This document shows, piece after piece, positions 40,649 through 51,899 of a stretch of DNA of 64,000 nt. This stretch comes from Prochlorococcus sp. AG-409-I11. GTDB lineage: Bacteria; Cyanobacteriota; Cyanobacteriia; PCC-6307; Cyanobiaceae. Positions within the stretch are counted from its first letter, which is position 1; each line of letters starts with the position of its first letter. The notes below the pieces were generated by a model that worked only from the letters and a program-made list of their open reading frames with translations, did no database searches and was not told where the DNA came from. A program made the position numbers and the translations under genes. Where the stretch lies: the NCBI GenBank assembly GCA_003215725.1, contig QCJX01000002.1, positions 32,249-96,248 of the forward strand, given 5' to 3'.

Positions 40649-43231
40649 TTAAATTCCAGCACTAGCAAACTCTGGCGCTGTTGAATTTTTTTCTATTTGC
40701 TTGACTATAATTTTTTTATTGTCATCTACATCCACTTCAGCACTATCTCCATCTTTAATCCTTCCAGATAAGAATTCCTCTGCAAGGCTATCTTCAAGTA
40801 ATCTCATTACTGCTCGACGTAAAGGTCTCGCTCCGTAAGATGGATTGTAACCCTCTTCTACTAACCTTTCTTTGAATGCATTAGAAACAGTAAGTGTTAT
40901 TCCTTTATCCTTTATTCGAATAAAAACTTCTTTTAACATAATCTCTGCAATATCTTTTACTTCTTCTCTGGATAATTGCCTGAAGACAATTATTTCGTCT
41001 AAGCGGTTAAGAAATTCTGGGCGGAAATATTGTTTTAGCTCTTCATTTACTAAGGATTTAATCCTATTGTATTGACTGTCTTCTATATTATCTCCTGAGA
41101 ATTCAAAACCAAGGCCACCACCACCTTTTTCGATAACTTTGGATCCAATATTTGAAGTCATAATTATTAGGGTATTTTTAAAGTCAACTGTTCTTCCTTT
41201 TGAATCAGTAAGTCTTCCTTCTTCTAGTAATTGTAAAAGTAGATTGAATACATCAGGATGTGCTTTTTCTATTTCATCAAAAAGTACGACTGTATAAGGC
41301 CTTCGTCTTACTGCTTCGGTTAATTGGCCTCCTTCATTGAACCCTACATACCCTGGTGGAGATCCTATGAGTTTGCTTACTGTATGTCGCTCCATATACT
41401 CAGACATGTCAAGTCTGATCATTGCTTCTTCGCTTCCAAAGAAGTAGGCGGCCAGAGCTTTTGTGAGTTCTGTTTTTCCAACCCCTGTAGGTCCTGAGAA
41501 AATGAAACTAGCAATTGGTCTGTTTGGATTTTTAAGACCGACACGTGCTCTTCTTATTGCCTTGGAAACGGACTTCACTGCTTCATCTTGGCCTATTAAT
41601 CGTTGATGAAGGGTCTCTTCCATATTTAGTAGCTTTACAGACTCACTTTCTGTTAGCTTTTGTACTGGAACTCCTGTCCAAGAAGCAACAATATGAGCAA
41701 TATCTTCTTCATTAACTATAGGAGTTTTTAGGGAATTTTTATTAACTTCTGGCAAGTTAGTTTCTATAGACTTGTCCTCAGCTTCCTTGATATCTTTAGT
41801 ATCTTGCTCAGGCTCACTTTGCTTGTCTTGATCTCTACTATCTTGGAGTAAAGACCTAATCTTCTCTCTTAAGCCAACTTCTTTTTCACGTAATTCTCCT
41901 GCTTGAGTGAAATTTTGGTCTCTAACGGCTTCTTCTTTTTCTCTTTGAACCTTGCGCAGTTCTTTATCAACCTCTTTGGCTTCAGGTGGTAATTTGGAAT
42001 TTAAAAGACGAACTCGACTTCCAGCTTCATCTATAAGATCTATAGCTTTATCAGGTAAATATCTATCCGATATATATCTATCACCAAGATTTGCAGCTGC
42101 AGCTAATGCTTCATCTGTAATCTTAAGTCTGTGATGCTGTTCATACCTTTCTCTGAGACCATGAAGTATTTCTATTGTGTCTTCTATTGATGGCTCTCCA
42201 ACCATTACTGGTTGAAACCTTCTTTCAAGAGCTGCATCTCGTTCAATATGCTTTCGATATTCATCAAGAGTTGTTGCTCCTATGCATTGAAGCTCTCCTC
42301 TGGCTAGTGCGGGCTTAAGAATATTTGCTGCATCAATTGCACCTTCGGCTGCACCTGCTCCAATAAGAGTATGAACTTCATCAATTACAAGTATTACGTT
42401 GCCAGCTGTTTTAATCTCTTCCATTATTTTTTTTAGCCTTTCTTCGAACTCTCCTCGATATTTAGTGCCAGCAACAAGTAAACCTATATCAAGAGTTAAC
42501 ACTCTTTTTTCTTCAAGTATGTCAGGTATATCACCTTGCTGGATTCGTTGTGCCAAACCTTCTGCAATAGCAGTTTTCCCTACGCCAGGCTCACCAATTA
42601 AAACGGGATTATTTTTTGTTCGTCTTCCTAATATTTGAATTACTCTGTCAATTTCTTCATAACGTCCAACTACTGGGTCTAGTTTTGATTCACTAGCTAA
42701 CTTTGTAAGATTTGTTCCGAACTCATCAAGAGTTGCTGTTTTCAAAGAACCCTTAGGACCTCCGCCGCCGCCGCCTCCTCCAGCTGTAACTTCAGCAGTC
42801 TCACCAAGCATTCGTATTACTTGAGTTCTTACTTTGGCTAAGTCAACACCAAGGTTTTCTAAGACTCGTGCGGCAACACCTTCTCCTTCTCGTATTAGAC
42901 CTAATAACAAATGCTCAGTACCTATGTAGTTATGACCAAGTTGGCGGGCTTCTTCTAAAGAAAGCTCTAGAACTCTTTTGGCTCTCGGGGTAAATGGTAT
43001 TTCAACGGCTACAAACCCTGATCCACGACCGATTATTTTTTCTACTTCAACTCTGGAATCCTTGAGATTAACTCCCATGGATTTAAGAACTTTTGCTGCG
43101 ACACCAGTCCCTTCACCAATAAGGCCTAAAAGGATCTGCTCAGTGCCCACAAAATTATGACCAAGGCGCCTTGCTTCCTCTTGGGCAAGCATGATCACTT
43201 TGATGGCTTTTTCTGTAAACCGCTCGAACAT
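40649..43231 (-). CDS. clpC: ATP-dependent Clp protease ATP-binding subunit ClpC
   Basis: Two Clp_N repeats, Walker A motifs GEPGVGKTA and GPTGVGKTE, and a UVR-like middle region. 860 aa. Confidence 0.95.
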   Translation of the reverse strand: MFERFTEKAIKVIMLAQEEARRLGHNFVGTEQILLGLIGEGTGVAAKVLKSMGVNLKDSRVEVEKIIGRGSGFVAVEIPFTPRAKRVLELSLEEARQLGHNYIGTEHLLLGLIREGEGVAARVLENLGVDLAKVRTQVIRMLGETAEVTAGGGGGGGGPKGSLKTATLDEFGTNLTKLASESKLDPVVGRYEEIDRVIQILGRRTKNNPVLIGEPGVGKTAIAEGLAQRIQQGDIPDILEEKRVLTLDIGLLVAGTKYRGEFEERLKKIMEEIKTAGNVILVIDEVHTLIGAGAAEGAIDAANILKPALARGELQCIGATTLDEYRKHIERDAALERRFQPVMVGEPSIEDTIEILHGLRERYEQHHRLKITDEALAAAANLGDRYISDRYLPDKAIDLIDEAGSRVRLLNSKLPPEAKEVDKELRKVQREKEEAVRDQNFTQAGELREKEVGLREKIRSLLQDSRDQDKQSEPEQDTKDIKEAEDKSIETNLPEVNKNSLKTPIVNEEDIAHIVASWTGVPVQKLTESESVKLLNMEETLHQRLIGQDEAVKSVSKAIRRARVGLKNPNRPIASFIFSGPTGVGKTELTKALAAYFFGSEEAMIRLDMSEYMERHTVSKLIGSPPGYVGFNEGGQLTEAVRRRPYTVVLFDEIEKAHPDVFNLLLQLLEEGRLTDSKGRTVDFKNTLIIMTSNIGSKVIEKGGGGLGFEFSGDNIEDSQYNRIKSLVNEELKQYFRPEFLNRLDEIIVFRQLSREEVKDIAEIMLKEVFIRIKDKGITLTVSNAFKERLVEEGYNPSYGARPLRRAVMRLLEDSLAEEFLSGRIKDGDSAEVDVDDNKKIIVKQIEKNSTAPEFASAGI

Positions 43232-43415
43232 GGTCTAGACCACGTGCATGTCTAACCAATTTATCAGGATTGAGAATGGAATGTGTTTTAGATCTGCTTT
43301 TGGTCATGCCCAATTCTTACAAATGCTAGGTAGTTGCTAAAATAGAATTATCAAATAATGGATAAAAGCTATTTAATTATTTAGCCATATCGATTAAGTT
43401 CGGATGGTTATTCGA

Positions 43416-43913
43416 TCACATACTAGTGCTTTGCTTGTAAAGAAGAGATGTCTTAAGGATAAGAGCATCACTGCCATCCTTATAGTAATTTGACCTTAAG
43501 CCAGCTATATGAAAGCCTAATTTCTGATATAAAGACCTGGCTATAATATTTGTGCTCTTAACTTCAAGACTTGCATGTGTTACCCCATTTGTTTTTGCTT
43601 TTTGTAGGAGAGCTTTAATCATCATTGTCCCTAATCCAAGGCCTCGATGATCAGGATGAACAGCTAAGGCATTTATCTGTACCTCATCTACGACTAACCA
43701 GCCACAGCCAAGAGCAATTAATTCTGAGCAATTAATAATTCCAAGACTTATCCTCTTAGAATCACTTAATTCTCTTGCCCATTGACTTTTACTCCAAAGA
43801 CCATCTAGCGCTTGAGAATCAAGTTCTAAGCAAGGTTTTAAATGAACGAGTTCTAATTCAATTATCTTTAGATTCAAATTTTCTGTATTCTTTTTGAGAT
43901 GCTTCATGCCCAT
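43416..43913 (-). CDS. rimI: GNAT N-acetyltransferase, RimI-like
   Basis: GNAT motif A (VHPDHRGLGLGTMMIKAL) and a C-terminal LYQKLGF. Confidence 0.7.
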   Translation of the reverse strand: MGMKHLKKNTENLNLKIIELELVHLKPCLELDSQALDGLWSKSQWARELSDSKRISLGIINCSELIALGCGWLVVDEVQINALAVHPDHRGLGLGTMMIKALLQKAKTNGVTHASLEVKSTNIIARSLYQKLGFHIAGLRSNYYKDGSDALILKTSLLYKQSTSM

Positions 43914-43983
43914 ATTATTAATGTTAATGGTTTGATCAATTTTTAAATTGACAATTTTTCTACCTTTGATTTAGCCCAGCTTT

Positions 43984-45351
43984 ATGAACAACACAAAACC
44001 TTTTGAAATTGATCGGGATCTTATTAGTCCTAATCGCAATATTGTGCCAATTACTTCTGTGGTCGATAAGGATAGAGGACTTCTGGTTGGCGGATGCGCT
44101 CTTCTTGACCTTGGTAAGCATTATGGAACACCTTTATATGTCCTTGATGAAGAAACTATTCGTGTTGGTTGCCGTTCTTATTTGAGAGCCTTGAAGAAAT
44201 ATTACCCAGGAAAGTCTTTACCTTTGTATGCTTCAAAAGCAAATAGTTCATTAGTAATTAGTAGCATTGTTGCGTCAGAGGGTATGGGTCTGGATGTTGT
44301 TTCGGAAGGAGAATTAATAACAGCTTTAAAAGGTGGAGTCCCTGGTGAAAGAATCTTTCTTCATGGTAATAACAAATCTGATGAAGAATTACTTTTGGCA
44401 TATCAATCGGGTGCAACAGTTGTTATTGATAATCATCATGATGTTGAACGGTTAAAAGAAGTTATCCCTCATGATAAAGATCCATTAAATCTCATGTTAC
44501 GCTTTACTCCTGGTATAGAATGCCATACGCATGAATATATTAAAACCGGACACTTAGATAGTAAATTTGGTTTTGATCCTGACCAGGTAAAAGAGGTTTT
44601 GTATGAACTAAAGCAGATCCATTGGACAAAATTAACAGGGATACATGCACATATTGGTTCTCAAATATTTGAACTACAACCTCATCAAGATCTTGTAGAA
44701 GTAATGATTGATTTGTTTCAGCTTGCTAGAAAGATTGGACACCCAGTAAAGGACTTAAATGTTGGAGGAGGGTTGGGCATAAGGTATACAGGATCAGATG
44801 ACCCTCCTACAATTGATTCTTGGATAGAAGGTATTGCAAACACTCTTAAAAATACATGTAAAGCTAGAAATATTGAGTTACCAAGATTAATGTGTGAACC
44901 AGGAAGATCACTTGTTGCTACCGCTGGCATCACTCTTTATAAATTAGGCTCTAGGAAAGAAATTCCTGGATCAACTGTTTATTTATCAGTTGATGGTGGA
45001 ATGAGTGATAACCCTAGGCCAATAACTTATGAGTCTCTTTATACAGCCTGTCTAGCAAATCAGCCTTTAGCAAAGGCTGACGAGATGGTTACCATTGCAG
45101 GAAAACATTGCGAATCTGGTGATGTTTTATTGAAGGACCTTGGTTTGCCAAACTCACAAAGTGGTGACATTTTGGTTGTTTTCGGAACAGGCGCGTATAA
45201 CAATTCTATGAGCTCTAATTACAATAGAATCCCTAGACCAGCAGCTGTGTTGGTGAATTCAGGACAAGCTGAATTAGTGCAAAAAAGAGAACTTCCTCAA
45301 GATTTATTGAGAAACGATGTCCTCCCAGTGAGGTTCTTAGAGGTAGGCTAA
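43984..45351 (+). CDS. lysA: Diaminopimelate decarboxylase
   Basis: Motifs TPLYVLDE, YASKANS (PLP Lys) and CESGD. Confidence 0.95.
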   Translation: MNNTKPFEIDRDLISPNRNIVPITSVVDKDRGLLVGGCALLDLGKHYGTPLYVLDEETIRVGCRSYLRALKKYYPGKSLPLYASKANSSLVISSIVASEGMGLDVVSEGELITALKGGVPGERIFLHGNNKSDEELLLAYQSGATVVIDNHHDVERLKEVIPHDKDPLNLMLRFTPGIECHTHEYIKTGHLDSKFGFDPDQVKEVLYELKQIHWTKLTGIHAHIGSQIFELQPHQDLVEVMIDLFQLARKIGHPVKDLNVGGGLGIRYTGSDDPPTIDSWIEGIANTLKNTCKARNIELPRLMCEPGRSLVATAGITLYKLGSRKEIPGSTVYLSVDGGMSDNPRPITYESLYTACLANQPLAKADEMVTIAGKHCESGDVLLKDLGLPNSQSGDILVVFGTGAYNNSMSSNYNRIPRPAAVLVNSGQAELVQKRELPQDLLRNDVLPVRFLEVG

Positions 45352-45370
45352 GAAGGGTTGGGGATCAGGA

Positions 45371-46279
45371 GTGAATTTAGGGTGGCTCATAAATTTGCGT
45401 CTATTGCTTGATGTCTTGTTTGCTTTTGGCTTGGGAGTACTACTTTTTTCCAGAGTCAAAGAACCAAGAACACTATGGCTACTAAGGGGTTACCTTTTTT
45501 TGGTATCTCTTGCTTGGTTTGTTCAACGGTTCGCAAACCTTCCAATTACATCAAAATTGGTTGATGCCTTGGTGCTGGCTTGTTCATTATCTCTAGCAAT
45601 TTTGTGGCAAGGGGAATTACGGCGTCTTATGGAACTATTGGGCACTGGTCGTTTAGCTGTTATTTTTGGTAATCCTCAAAAAGAATTTCAAGCTAACGAA
45701 AGCACTGTTGCTCAATTAACTGATGCCGCTGGACGCCTTTCTCAAAATAGAAGGGGTGCACTTATTGTCTTAGATATGGGAAGTGACTTGCGACCCGAGG
45801 ATTTCCTCTATCCGGGAATTCCAATTGATGCACATTTCTCAACCGAGTTATTGCTTAATTTGTTCGCATCTGATACACCACTTCATGACGGAGCCGTTCT
45901 AGTTAAAGGCAATAGGATTATTTCAGCTGGAGTGATTTTGCCCCTATCTAGGCAAGGTATTAGCCGCTATGGAACAAGACACTTGGCTGCTCTTGGAATT
46001 ACAGAACGTTTTGATAGATGTATTTGTGTTGTAGTTTCTGAGGAGACAGGGACTTTGTCTTTAGCTAATCAAGGTCGCATTGAACGACCAATTACTAGTA
46101 GCAGATTGCTAGATCTTCTAAAGGAATTGATGGGGAAGTCTGCTAATAATCAAAGTTCAAAAAGTAATTTAACCACTTTAAGCACCTCAAAAGGAGTATC
46201 TTTTACTAATGAAGGACAAGTTTCCAACTCAACAGGTAACTTTGACCCTTCAATCAATGAATCGGAGTCGTTGAAGTGA
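45371..46279 (+). CDS. cdaA: Diadenylate cyclase CdaA (DisA_N domain, three N-terminal TM helices)
   Basis: Motifs PLHDGAVLV (DGA), GTRHLAALG and [16 protein letters not shown] start. The C-terminal tail is rich in S, N and T. Confidence 0.85.
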   Translation: MNLGWLINLRLLLDVLFAFGLGVLLFSRVKEPRTLWLLRGYLFLVSLAWFVQRFANLPITSKLVDALVLACSLSLAILWQGELRRLMELLGTGRLAVIFGNPQKEFQANESTVAQLTDAAGRLSQNRRGALIVLDMGSDLRPEDFLYPGIPIDAHFSTELLLNLFASDTPLHDGAVLVKGNRIISAGVILPLSRQGISRYGTRHLAALGITERFDRCICVVVSEETGTLSLANQGRIERPITSSRLLDLLKELMGKSANNQSSKSNLTTLSTSKGVSFTNEGQVSNSTGNFDPSINESESLK

Positions 46280-47079
46280 GCCGTCCTGCGGCAATGACCT
46301 CTAGTTTCTCAAGGGTATGCCCTTGCCCTAAGGACTTAGACCCTCTTCGAATGCCAGAGCATGTGGCCATTATTATGGATGGCAATGGACGATGGGCTAA
46401 AGCAAGAGGGTTGCCACGAGTCATGGGTCATAGAGCAGGAGTTGAGGCTCTAAAAACAACTTTGCGTTGTTGTAGTTCTTGGGGCATTAGCGCACTTACT
46501 GTTTATGCTTTCTCTACTGAGAATTGGTCTAGGCCAGGAGAAGAAGTTAACTTCTTAATGACACTTTTTGAGCGTGTTTTACAACGTGAGTTGGAAACAT
46601 TGCAACAAGAACAAGTTAGGATTCGCTTCCTTGGGGATTTAGAAGCTTTACCAACAAGATTACAGGATCTAATTTCAAAGTCTGCTCAATTAACAGCTGA
46701 TAATACTGGGATTAATTTTAATGTTTGTACTAACTATGGTGGAAGACGTGAATTGGTTCTTGCAGCTCAAAGGCTTGCAGAAAAATCTGTTCAAGGAGAT
46801 TTAGACCCTGCCTTGATAGATGAAAATGTTTTTGCCTCTGAACTTTTTACTGCTAATGAAGCTGATCCAGATTTACTTATTAGGACAAGTGGAGAAAGGC
46901 GTATAAGTAATTTTTTACTTTGGCAACTTGCTTATGCAGAGATACATGTTACGGATATTCTTTGGCCTGATTTTGATTCGTATGCACTTGCTCAAGCACT
47001 CCTTGACTATCAATCAAGGCGCAGACGTTTTGGAGGGTTAGACTCAAACAGGTCAAATCAAGAAGAACTTAACTTTTAG
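46276..47079 (+). CDS. uppS: Undecaprenyl diphosphate synthase (cis-prenyltransferase)
   Basis: Motifs [13 protein letters not shown] and [19 protein letters not shown] 46276 overlaps the cdaA stop; an alternative ATG is at 46294. Confidence 0.9.
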   Translation: MSRPAAMTSSFSRVCPCPKDLDPLRMPEHVAIIMDGNGRWAKARGLPRVMGHRAGVEALKTTLRCCSSWGISALTVYAFSTENWSRPGEEVNFLMTLFERVLQRELETLQQEQVRIRFLGDLEALPTRLQDLISKSAQLTADNTGINFNVCTNYGGRRELVLAAQRLAEKSVQGDLDPALIDENVFASELFTANEADPDLLIRTSGERRISNFLLWQLAYAEIHVTDILWPDFDSYALAQALLDYQSRRRRFGGLDSNRSNQEELNF

Positions 47080-47088
47080 GTTTTATTA

Positions 47089-48090
47089 ATGACTCTTCTT
47101 ACTGCTAAGCAATTAAATTCAGAAGAATTAGAAATTCGACATGACTGGACTATTGATGAAATTCGGAATTTGCTTGAAATGCCTCTGATTGACTTGTTAT
47201 GGCATGCACAGCTTGTTCATAGGAGGGCTAACCCGGGATATAAAGTTCAACTAGCTTCACTACTGAGTGTTAAAACAGGTGGTTGCGAGGAGGATTGTGC
47301 TTATTGCCCTCAATCTATTCGTAATAGTAGTGAAGTAACTGGTCAGCCTGACCTTGATGTGCAACCTGTTTTAGAAAGAGCAAAAATTGCAAAAGAAGCT
47401 GGCGCCGATCGATTTTGTATGGGATGGGCGTGGAGAGAGATACGTGATGGGAGCCCATTTGAAGCAATGATTCAAATGGTTCAGGGTGTTAGGTCATTAG
47501 GTTTAGAGGCTTGTGTTACTGCAGGAATGCTCACTGATCAGCAGGCGAAACGTTTAGCAGAAGCTGGACTTACTTCTTATAACCACAATCTAGATACAAG
47601 CCCTGAGCACTATGGAGAAATAATTTCAACTCGTACATATCAGGAAAGGTTAGAAACTTTGCAGAGAGTGCGAGCTGCTGGAATTTCATTATGTTGCGGT
47701 GGAATTATTGGGATGGGCGAGTCAATAACTGATAGGGCATCACTCCTTAGGGTTCTAGCAACTTTGGACCCTCATCCTGAGAGTGTTCCTATTAATGCTT
47801 TAGTAGCAATTGAAGGAACTCCTTTAGAGAACCTTTCTTCCGTTGATCCTTTGGAAATGGTTCGAATGGTTGCAACAGCAAGAATTTTGATGCCAAGAAG
47901 CAGGGTTCGTTTAAGTGCTGGGAGAGAGCAATTAACAAAAGAAGCTCAGATCCTTTGTCTTCAGGCAGGAGCAGATTCTATATTTTATGGAGATACATTA
48001 CTTACGACTACTAACCCATCGGTGTTGGCTGATCGTGAATTACTTTCTGAGGCAGGTGTACAAATAAATTCGGATTTTAGAAATGCATGA
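47089..48090 (+). CDS. bioB: Biotin synthase
   Basis: Radical-SAM motif [10 protein letters not shown] and BioB-like length. Confidence 0.95.
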   Translation: MTLLTAKQLNSEELEIRHDWTIDEIRNLLEMPLIDLLWHAQLVHRRANPGYKVQLASLLSVKTGGCEEDCAYCPQSIRNSSEVTGQPDLDVQPVLERAKIAKEAGADRFCMGWAWREIRDGSPFEAMIQMVQGVRSLGLEACVTAGMLTDQQAKRLAEAGLTSYNHNLDTSPEHYGEIISTRTYQERLETLQRVRAAGISLCCGGIIGMGESITDRASLLRVLATLDPHPESVPINALVAIEGTPLENLSSVDPLEMVRMVATARILMPRSRVRLSAGREQLTKEAQILCLQAGADSIFYGDTLLTTTNPSVLADRELLSEAGVQINSDFRNA

Positions 48091-49034
48091 ATGACAAAAA
48101 AATGGTAAGAGCTTTAAAAAAATATAAGGTCGCAGCTTTTTATTGCTTTACTTCTCTTCCTGAAGAAATTATTGAAAAATTGATTAGAGATCTTGTATGG
48201 AATGCAAGTGATAAGAAGGTTTTAGGAAGCATCTTATTAGCGGAAGAAGGTGTTAATGGAACAATCTGTGGACATACTGATGGAGTTGATTATTTATTAG
48301 GAATTATTTTGAATTCAATTCTTGAAAATGATACTTTAGAGTTGAAAATCAGCTGGAGTGATAAACAAGCTTTCCGTCGCTTTAAAGCTCGTAGAAAAGC
48401 CGAGATAGTTACAATGGGCATAAAAGAAGTGAACCCATTAGAAACGTCGGGAGAATATATTTCCCCTTCTAGTTGGAATAATTGTTTGGACGATCCCAAT
48501 ACTTTAGTTATTGACACTCGGAATAATTATGAAGTTGCTATTGGAACTTTTGAAGGAGCTATAAACCCACAAACAGATACATTTCGTCAATTCCCTACCT
48601 GGGTAGATCAAAATTTAAAGCGTCTGATGGAGGAAACTAACACCAGCAAAATTGCAATGTTTTGTACAGGTGGCATACGGTGTGAAAAAGCAACTGCGTA
48701 TTTAAAGCAAAAAGGTTTTAAAGGAGTTCATCATCTTCATGGTGGAATACTTAGTTACCTAGAGAAAGTTCCAAAAGTTAAAAGTCGTTGGGATGGAGAG
48801 TGTTTTGTTTTTGATAGGAGAGTGGCTTTAGACCATAATCTATCTCCAGGTGTATATCAGTTATGCCATGCTTGCGGAATGCCTCTTGCCCCTAAAGAAA
48901 GGGAGAGAGAGGATTTCGTTTTAGGAGTTCAGTGCCTTCATTGTGAGAACCTTTTTACAGATCAAGATAGAGTTCGTTTTTCTGAGAGACAGAAGCAAAT
49001 AGAGTTAAAAGCAGATCGTCAACCTAAAAGTTGA
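48087..49034 (+). CDS. Rhodanese-domain protein of the UPF0176/TrhO family
   Basis: UPF0176 N-terminal region (YKVAAFYCF) and a rhodanese active-site loop ([12 protein letters not shown]). The ATG overlaps the bioB stop (ATGA). Confidence 0.8.
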   Translation: MNDKKMVRALKKYKVAAFYCFTSLPEEIIEKLIRDLVWNASDKKVLGSILLAEEGVNGTICGHTDGVDYLLGIILNSILENDTLELKISWSDKQAFRRFKARRKAEIVTMGIKEVNPLETSGEYISPSSWNNCLDDPNTLVIDTRNNYEVAIGTFEGAINPQTDTFRQFPTWVDQNLKRLMEETNTSKIAMFCTGGIRCEKATAYLKQKGFKGVHHLHGGILSYLEKVPKVKSRWDGECFVFDRRVALDHNLSPGVYQLCHACGMPLAPKEREREDFVLGVQCLHCENLFTDQDRVRFSERQKQIELKADRQPKS

Positions 49035-49048
49035 GTTATTGAAAGACT

Positions 49049-49561
49049 ATGTCTACCATTAGCCTAATTCAACTGGAGCAATATGCTTCACAGCGCAATC
49101 TACTTTTAAGAATTCAGATTAGAAGACCGTTAAATTTATGGGCGATTAGAGTTGTGGTTGCAAGGGAAGTTGATTCTGAGAAGATACAAATTTTAGGTGA
49201 GATGAAGGGATGGGCATATAAAGGAGCTAATGGCTTACAGCTGGATACTTTAATGGTGAATTCCAAGGCCCCTTTAGGTGTCGGTGATCTTGTATGGGCT
49301 GCAACTATGGCATGGACCTTGGAGGAAACACCGTGTCGCAAGGCTAGATTACTAGCAATACAGGATGATGAACGACACCACTTACTATTGAAACGATATT
49401 TTCGGAAACGAGGGTTTTATGCAGTTAGAGAAGTAGGCTCTGCATTAAATGACTTGCCTTTAAGAATGATATGGGGAGGAGCTGGAACTCTTATGATTGC
49501 TGATTGTAGGGATACCTTGCAATATAGCTATAGTAGATGGAACTCTCTTCCTTTGCAGTAA
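49049..49561 (+). CDS. Hypothetical protein with a weak GNAT-like pattern
   Basis: 170 aa. LGVGDLVWAATMAW and YFRKRGFYAVRE loosely resemble GNAT motifs A and B. This is uncertain. Confidence 0.4.
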   Translation: MSTISLIQLEQYASQRNLLLRIQIRRPLNLWAIRVVVAREVDSEKIQILGEMKGWAYKGANGLQLDTLMVNSKAPLGVGDLVWAATMAWTLEETPCRKARLLAIQDDERHHLLLKRYFRKRGFYAVREVGSALNDLPLRMIWGGAGTLMIADCRDTLQYSYSRWNSLPLQ

Positions 49562-49567
49562 TAAAGC

Positions 49568-50515
49568 TTAGTTTTGTTCTGCATGGTAGCTACTGCGAAC
49601 TAGAGGTCCACTATTAACTTTTAGGAAACCGAGCTCATTCGCTATTTGGCCAAACCGTTTGAAATCCTTAGGCTCCCAATAATTTTGCACTGGTATATGT
49701 GCTAGGGAAGGACGTAGATATTGACCTAAAGTAATGTATTGGCAATCTACAGAGCGAAGATCTTTAAGGGTTTGGATTATCTCGTCCGCTTGTTCTCCAA
49801 GGCCTAGCATTAGACCTGATTTTGTTGGTATATGAGGAGCTATGTCTCTTGCTTCTTTTAATAAACGTAGCGAGTGCTCATATTTGGCTCCGCGACGTAC
49901 TTCCTTTTGAAGTCGTTGAACGGTCTCTAAGTTGTGATTAAAGCAAATTGGATTAGCTGAAAGAACTGTATATAGTCTTTCTTTTTGGCTGTTAATACAA
50001 TCAATAGGATCAACAAACCCACCCCAAAAATCGGGCGTTAGCACTTCAATAGAAATATTTGGAATAAGTTTCCTTATTGCTCTCATTGTAATTGTAAAAA
50101 GACTTGCTCCATGGTCTGGTAGATCATCTCTGGCAACTGATGTTAGAACGACATAACGAAGATTTAGCTTGCTGACCGCGATAGCAATACGTTCTGGTTC
50201 TGATTGATCTACTTGTTGGGGAGCGACTCCTTTCTCAACCTGGCAAAAAGCACAACTTCTAGTACAAATTGAACCACCAAGCATGAAAGTAGCAGTACCA
50301 GATGAATAGCATTCAGCTCGATTTGGACAACGACCTTCCTCGCATATTGTATGTAATCGATATTCCTTTACTAGACTTTGAACTTTTTCTAATTGGGATA
50401 CTTTCCCTATCATTGGTTTGATCCAACTAGGAAGACGTTCTTTGGGCTTGATATTGCTGAAACGAGTTAGTCGATTTTGAGTAGTCATTTTCATCTTTGA
50501 GTGTGTGTTATTCAA
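49568..50515 (-). CDS. lipA: Lipoyl synthase
   Basis: Motifs [12 protein letters not shown] and the radical-SAM [10 protein letters not shown]. Confidence 0.95.
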   Translation of the reverse strand: MNNTHSKMKMTTQNRLTRFSNIKPKERLPSWIKPMIGKVSQLEKVQSLVKEYRLHTICEEGRCPNRAECYSSGTATFMLGGSICTRSCAFCQVEKGVAPQQVDQSEPERIAIAVSKLNLRYVVLTSVARDDLPDHGASLFTITMRAIRKLIPNISIEVLTPDFWGGFVDPIDCINSQKERLYTVLSANPICFNHNLETVQRLQKEVRRGAKYEHSLRLLKEARDIAPHIPTKSGLMLGLGEQADEIIQTLKDLRSVDCQYITLGQYLRPSLAHIPVQNYWEPKDFKRFGQIANELGFLKVNSGPLVRSSYHAEQN

Positions 50516-51131
50516 TTAATCTTCTCCCTTCCATTGCTCTGGTTAGCGTTACTTCATCTGCATATTCCAGCTCACTTCCTACAGGAAGCCCATAAGCTAT
50601 CCTTGTCACCTTAACAAATGGTTTTAAAAGTCTTGCTAAGTAAAGACTAGTTGTATCACCTTCAACACTAGGAGTAAGAGCTAGAATAACCTCTTTTATT
50701 TTTTCTTTATCAACTCTTTTAACCAAGCTGCTTATATGCAAGATTTCAGGACCAATACCGTCCATGGGGGAAATGAGCCCTCCAAGAACATGGTAAATAC
50801 CTTTGTATTCACGTGTTCGTTCTAAAGCTAATAGATCTCTTGAATCAGCTACGACACAAAGCATATCTTTTACCCTGTTTATATTTCGACAAATTTCACA
50901 TTCGTTTTCTGCACTTAGATGAAAACATGTTTTGCATTGCCCAACTTGATTCCTTGCATTTAAAAGTGCATTGGCAAAGATTTGTATTTTTTCCTCTGGC
51001 TGCCTTAATAGATGCAATGCAAGTCTTTGAGCGGTTCTTGGACCAATCCCAGGTAATTGTTCGAATTGATCAATCAGTCGTGCTAGTGGTCTAGTAAAGC
51101 CGCTCAGTGTTCCATCCCAATTAGCTTGAAT
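50508..51131 (-). CDS. recR: Recombination protein RecR (start codon uncertain and non-canonical)
   Basis: HhH motif [13 protein letters not shown], zinc finger [18 protein letters not shown], and a Toprim region. The HhH lies upstream of the first canonical start (TTG 51017). An in-frame TAG is at 51134-51132. Confidence 0.85.
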   Translation of the reverse strand: MQANWDGTLSGFTRPLARLIDQFEQLPGIGPRTAQRLALHLLRQPEEKIQIFANALLNARNQVGQCKTCFHLSAENECEICRNINRVKDMLCVVADSRDLLALERTREYKGIYHVLGGLISPMDGIGPEILHISSLVKRVDKEKIKEVILALTPSVEGDTTSLYLARLLKPFVKVTRIAYGLPVGSELEYADEVTLTRAMEGRRLIE

Positions 51132-51228
51132 CTAAGCAGAATCAAAGAATTAGGCAGTTATTTTTATAACTGTACTTTCAGTTGGATCAAACCTCCGGCA
51201 GAATACTAATAGGTTTAGTCTCTAAACA

Positions 51229-51786
51229 ATGTTTAAATTGCTGCGATCCCCTGCGCGCATTGTGGTTTTGTTAATGCTAGTTACCTTTCTTGGATCTTGT
51301 AGTACTACTTCATCAGCAGGTTTAGAAGCTTTCCAGAGTCCTGATGGACGTTATGCATTTTTCTACCCAACAGGCTGGACAAGAGTTGCTGTTAATGGTG
51401 GACCAACAGTTGTTTTTCATGATTTGATTAATAGCGATGAAACATTAAGCCTTGTTTTGTCAGAAGTAGGAAACGATATTGATCTTGAGGAACTTGGAAG
51501 CCCTCAAGAGGTTGGAGAAAGGTTGGTGTCAGAAGTTATTGCACCAGAAGGAACTGGTCGTGATGTTGAGCTGGTAGAGGCTGAAGAGAGAGAGTCGAAT
51601 GGCCATATTTTCTATGATCTTGAATATGCAGTTCATCTTCCAGATAGAGACCGTCATGAATTGGCTACAGTAGTTATTGATAGAGGTAGTTTGTATACGT
51701 TTGCAGCTGGTACAAATGAAAATCGATGGCCTAAAGTTAAGGGATTATTTGAGAAAGTAATTACTTCATTTAAGTTTTTGATATAA
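51229..51786 (+). CDS. psbP: PsbP-like protein (CyanoP), lipoprotein
   Basis: Signal peptide with lipobox LGSC, followed by GRYAFFYPTGW, which is typical of the PsbP fold. Confidence 0.8.
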   Translation: MFKLLRSPARIVVLLMLVTFLGSCSTTSSAGLEAFQSPDGRYAFFYPTGWTRVAVNGGPTVVFHDLINSDETLSLVLSEVGNDIDLEELGSPQEVGERLVSEVIAPEGTGRDVELVEAEERESNGHIFYDLEYAVHLPDRDRHELATVVIDRGSLYTFAAGTNENRWPKVKGLFEKVITSFKFLI

Positions 51787-51899
51787 AGAAGAATTTACAC
51801 TTTAATTTTAGAGAATAAAAGTTAAATGTATATCTTTACTTTTTTGAATAAGCAAATTAATCAATTATAAAAAATAAGGAGGTTGATAATTAATCATTT

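Noticed and set aside
41740-42785. ClpC glycine run (GGN repeats around 42757-42783, [10 protein letters not shown]) and an acidic ~35-aa insert between the two AAA modules
   Set aside because: These are linker regions that vary in length among ClpC orthologues. The repeat is in frame and short, and nothing suggests a mobile insertion or a separate function.
43232-43415. Upstream mini-ORFs in the clpC leader, for example a minus-strand ATG ORF running into the clpC start out of frame
   Set aside because: They have no ribosome-binding context or recognisable product. In AT-rich DNA, short ORFs of this size are expected by chance.
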